Shown: positions 62,318 through 64,000 of the stretch, one piece after another
Layout of the letters: each line of letters begins with the position of its first letter
How positions within the stretch are numbered: the stretch's first letter is position 1
Assembly: GCA_038087875.1 (NCBI GenBank)
Contig: CM075988.1
Span: 25,856,001-25,920,000 of the forward strand
Direction: 5' to 3'
DNA length: 64,000 nt
Source: Malacoraja senta
Lineage: Eukaryota
Notes under the pieces: model-generated
What the model was told of the DNA's origin: nothing
What the model saw: only the letters and a program-made list of their open reading frames with translations
The model's database searches: none
Translations under genes and position numbers: made by a program

Positions 62318-62506
62318 TGTCAAACCGTCCAGGATCTACAGAAGAAGTTTACGACAGTGAAGATTCTGACGTCAGTAGTATTGGGAGCGTCGACAATGAC
62401 TCGTTTACAGACACCAATCGTGCATTTCGTTCTCAAAAGGAAATATGTGAACAACTCAACATCAACCACATGCTTCAGCGCATCTTTCTTATTACCCTTG
62501 ACAACA
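62318..62506 (+). CDS. UBE4A: UBE4A coding exon 2 (acceptor at 62318 or in-phase 62333)
   Basis: Encodes [27 protein letters not shown]; donor a|gtgagt. Confidence 0.9.
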
Positions 62507-63632
62507 GTGAGTATCAAGCATGCTTATCTTGTATGAACAATTTAAAGTTGATGCACCAGTGGCAGAATTACAATATATATTGTAAGTAAGATACAAAATG
62601 TTCTACCTGAGTACTCAGAAAAGTATTCCCTGCTGTTGCTTGCACCTGTGCAAGGCTGCCAGTTTGCTGTTGAATTGGGAATACTTTTAAGCTGTGGCAT
62701 TGCAATTATTAAATCGGTATATTTTAAAACCTGAGAAATCTGCCGGTCAATGGGTGTAAATAAATGTATTGATGTGCAGAAATGCTCTAATGTTGGTCTA
62801 TTGTCCTGGCACTTAAGCTTGTGAATTAAATGTTTCTTTATGAATCCAAGCAAATGTAATTGTTACTTTTCATCTAGATTTGCAGCAGTATAATGGCAAT
62901 TGCTATTAATGCGTAGTTCAGTGCTAATCCCTAAATTTGTCTATGATATTTAGCCTATTCACTTTAAGAAAGAATCACTTTATACTATAGGAATGGAAGC
63001 CTATATAGATAGTCCAAGATAAAATCTGACTGTAAGAAATACTTTCCGATCAACAACATCTGCGGGGAGAGAAACAGAGAAGCTTTGTTTTGGTCATTCA
63101 CTTGCTAAGAAAACTTTTGCCAGACATTGCCTAATTTCAAATCCAAAAATCTGTGCAAGATGATTTGATAAGCATTCTTAGGTGAAACACACGAGTTTGG
63201 ATTTAAGCTCTCACCTATATCTTTCCTGCATATAATGCCTTGCTTGGTCTGTTATGGGACAATTGATTAAAAATAAATATTTCTGCTTCTCCTTCCACAG
63301 CCGCTCAATATTTTCAAATCCCATTCTCTTTCTTTAAACGGTTTCTCATATTCTACACCTTGCTGTACCCTCATTGTTTGCATCATGCCCTATGATAATG
63401 TTCTATGCCGTGTTCTTGTATTCCACATCCCATCAAGTTATTTGTTGTTTGTTTATGTATAATTTCTTTATATTCTCTGTATGCAATTATTCCCTCGTTT
63501 CTTTTAATTTCCCCCCCCCCCTCTTTAAATGCAATATTTTGTTGTTGTTGAAGTCAACCACATGAGGCCTGTTCATTAACTCAACTTCTGATAAGTGACA
63601 TTGAGATGAATATTATTTTAATATATTTATAG

Positions 63633-63745
63633 GTGACCCGAGTTTGAAGGGAGGGAATGGAATTCCACCACGCTGTGTTTTTTTGGACGATATGGCCGTG
63701 GACCTGGATGGGCAGGACTGGCTTGACATGAAAAATGTTGAACAG
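63633..63745 (+). CDS. UBE4A: UBE4A coding exon 3 (gene continues beyond the window)
   Basis: atttatag| (S)[37 protein letters not shown] |gtataa. Confidence 0.93.
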
Positions 63746-64000
63746 GTATAAATAATTGCTAACATAGTGTCTTTTTCACTATTTGGGTGATTTCTTGCGG
63801 TATTTAACTAATCTCAATTACATCAGGATGATTACTTACTTAGATATTTGTTTTGGTCAAAACAAGATATTTTGACAAAAGCTATAAATAAGTGATAGGA
63901 TTGAGAGATTCCTGCAATCAGTTGTATCTGTTGCATGCTTGCCTTCATCGGTAAGGGTACCGAGTATAAGAATTGTAATGTGACCTTGATTCCTTGTCTC

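Overview
Eukaryotic vertebrate genomic DNA, most likely from a skate or other batoid elasmobranch (inferred from HE1/V-SINE-like, CR1 and Penelope-like repeats). It contains one 200-N assembly gap (21115-21314). Three spliced + strand genes are present: NLRX1 (four confident coding exons, 2451-7306; 5' exons uncertain), PDZD3/NHERF4 (four PDZ domains, exons 25090-48613; first and last exons uncertain), and the 5' part of UBE4A (CpG-island first exon ending 54472, coding exons from 59237). The rest is dense in mobile DNA: CR1 LINEs, tRNA-derived SINEs, Penelope-like remnants, a Harbinger-type MITE and a probable solo LTR. The main finding is a ~140-nt non-autonomous retroelement present twice (4622-4764, 41230-41367), flanked by target-site duplications and ending in an (AAG)n tail. 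Its first ~54 nt fold into a complete minimal HDV/CPEB3-like ribozyme, and the element begins at the predicted cleavage site. A second ribozyme class, minimal hammerhead cores, occurs in many Penelope-derived and often fold-back repeats. All structures, alignments and exon boundaries were read by eye; no searches or folding programs were run.
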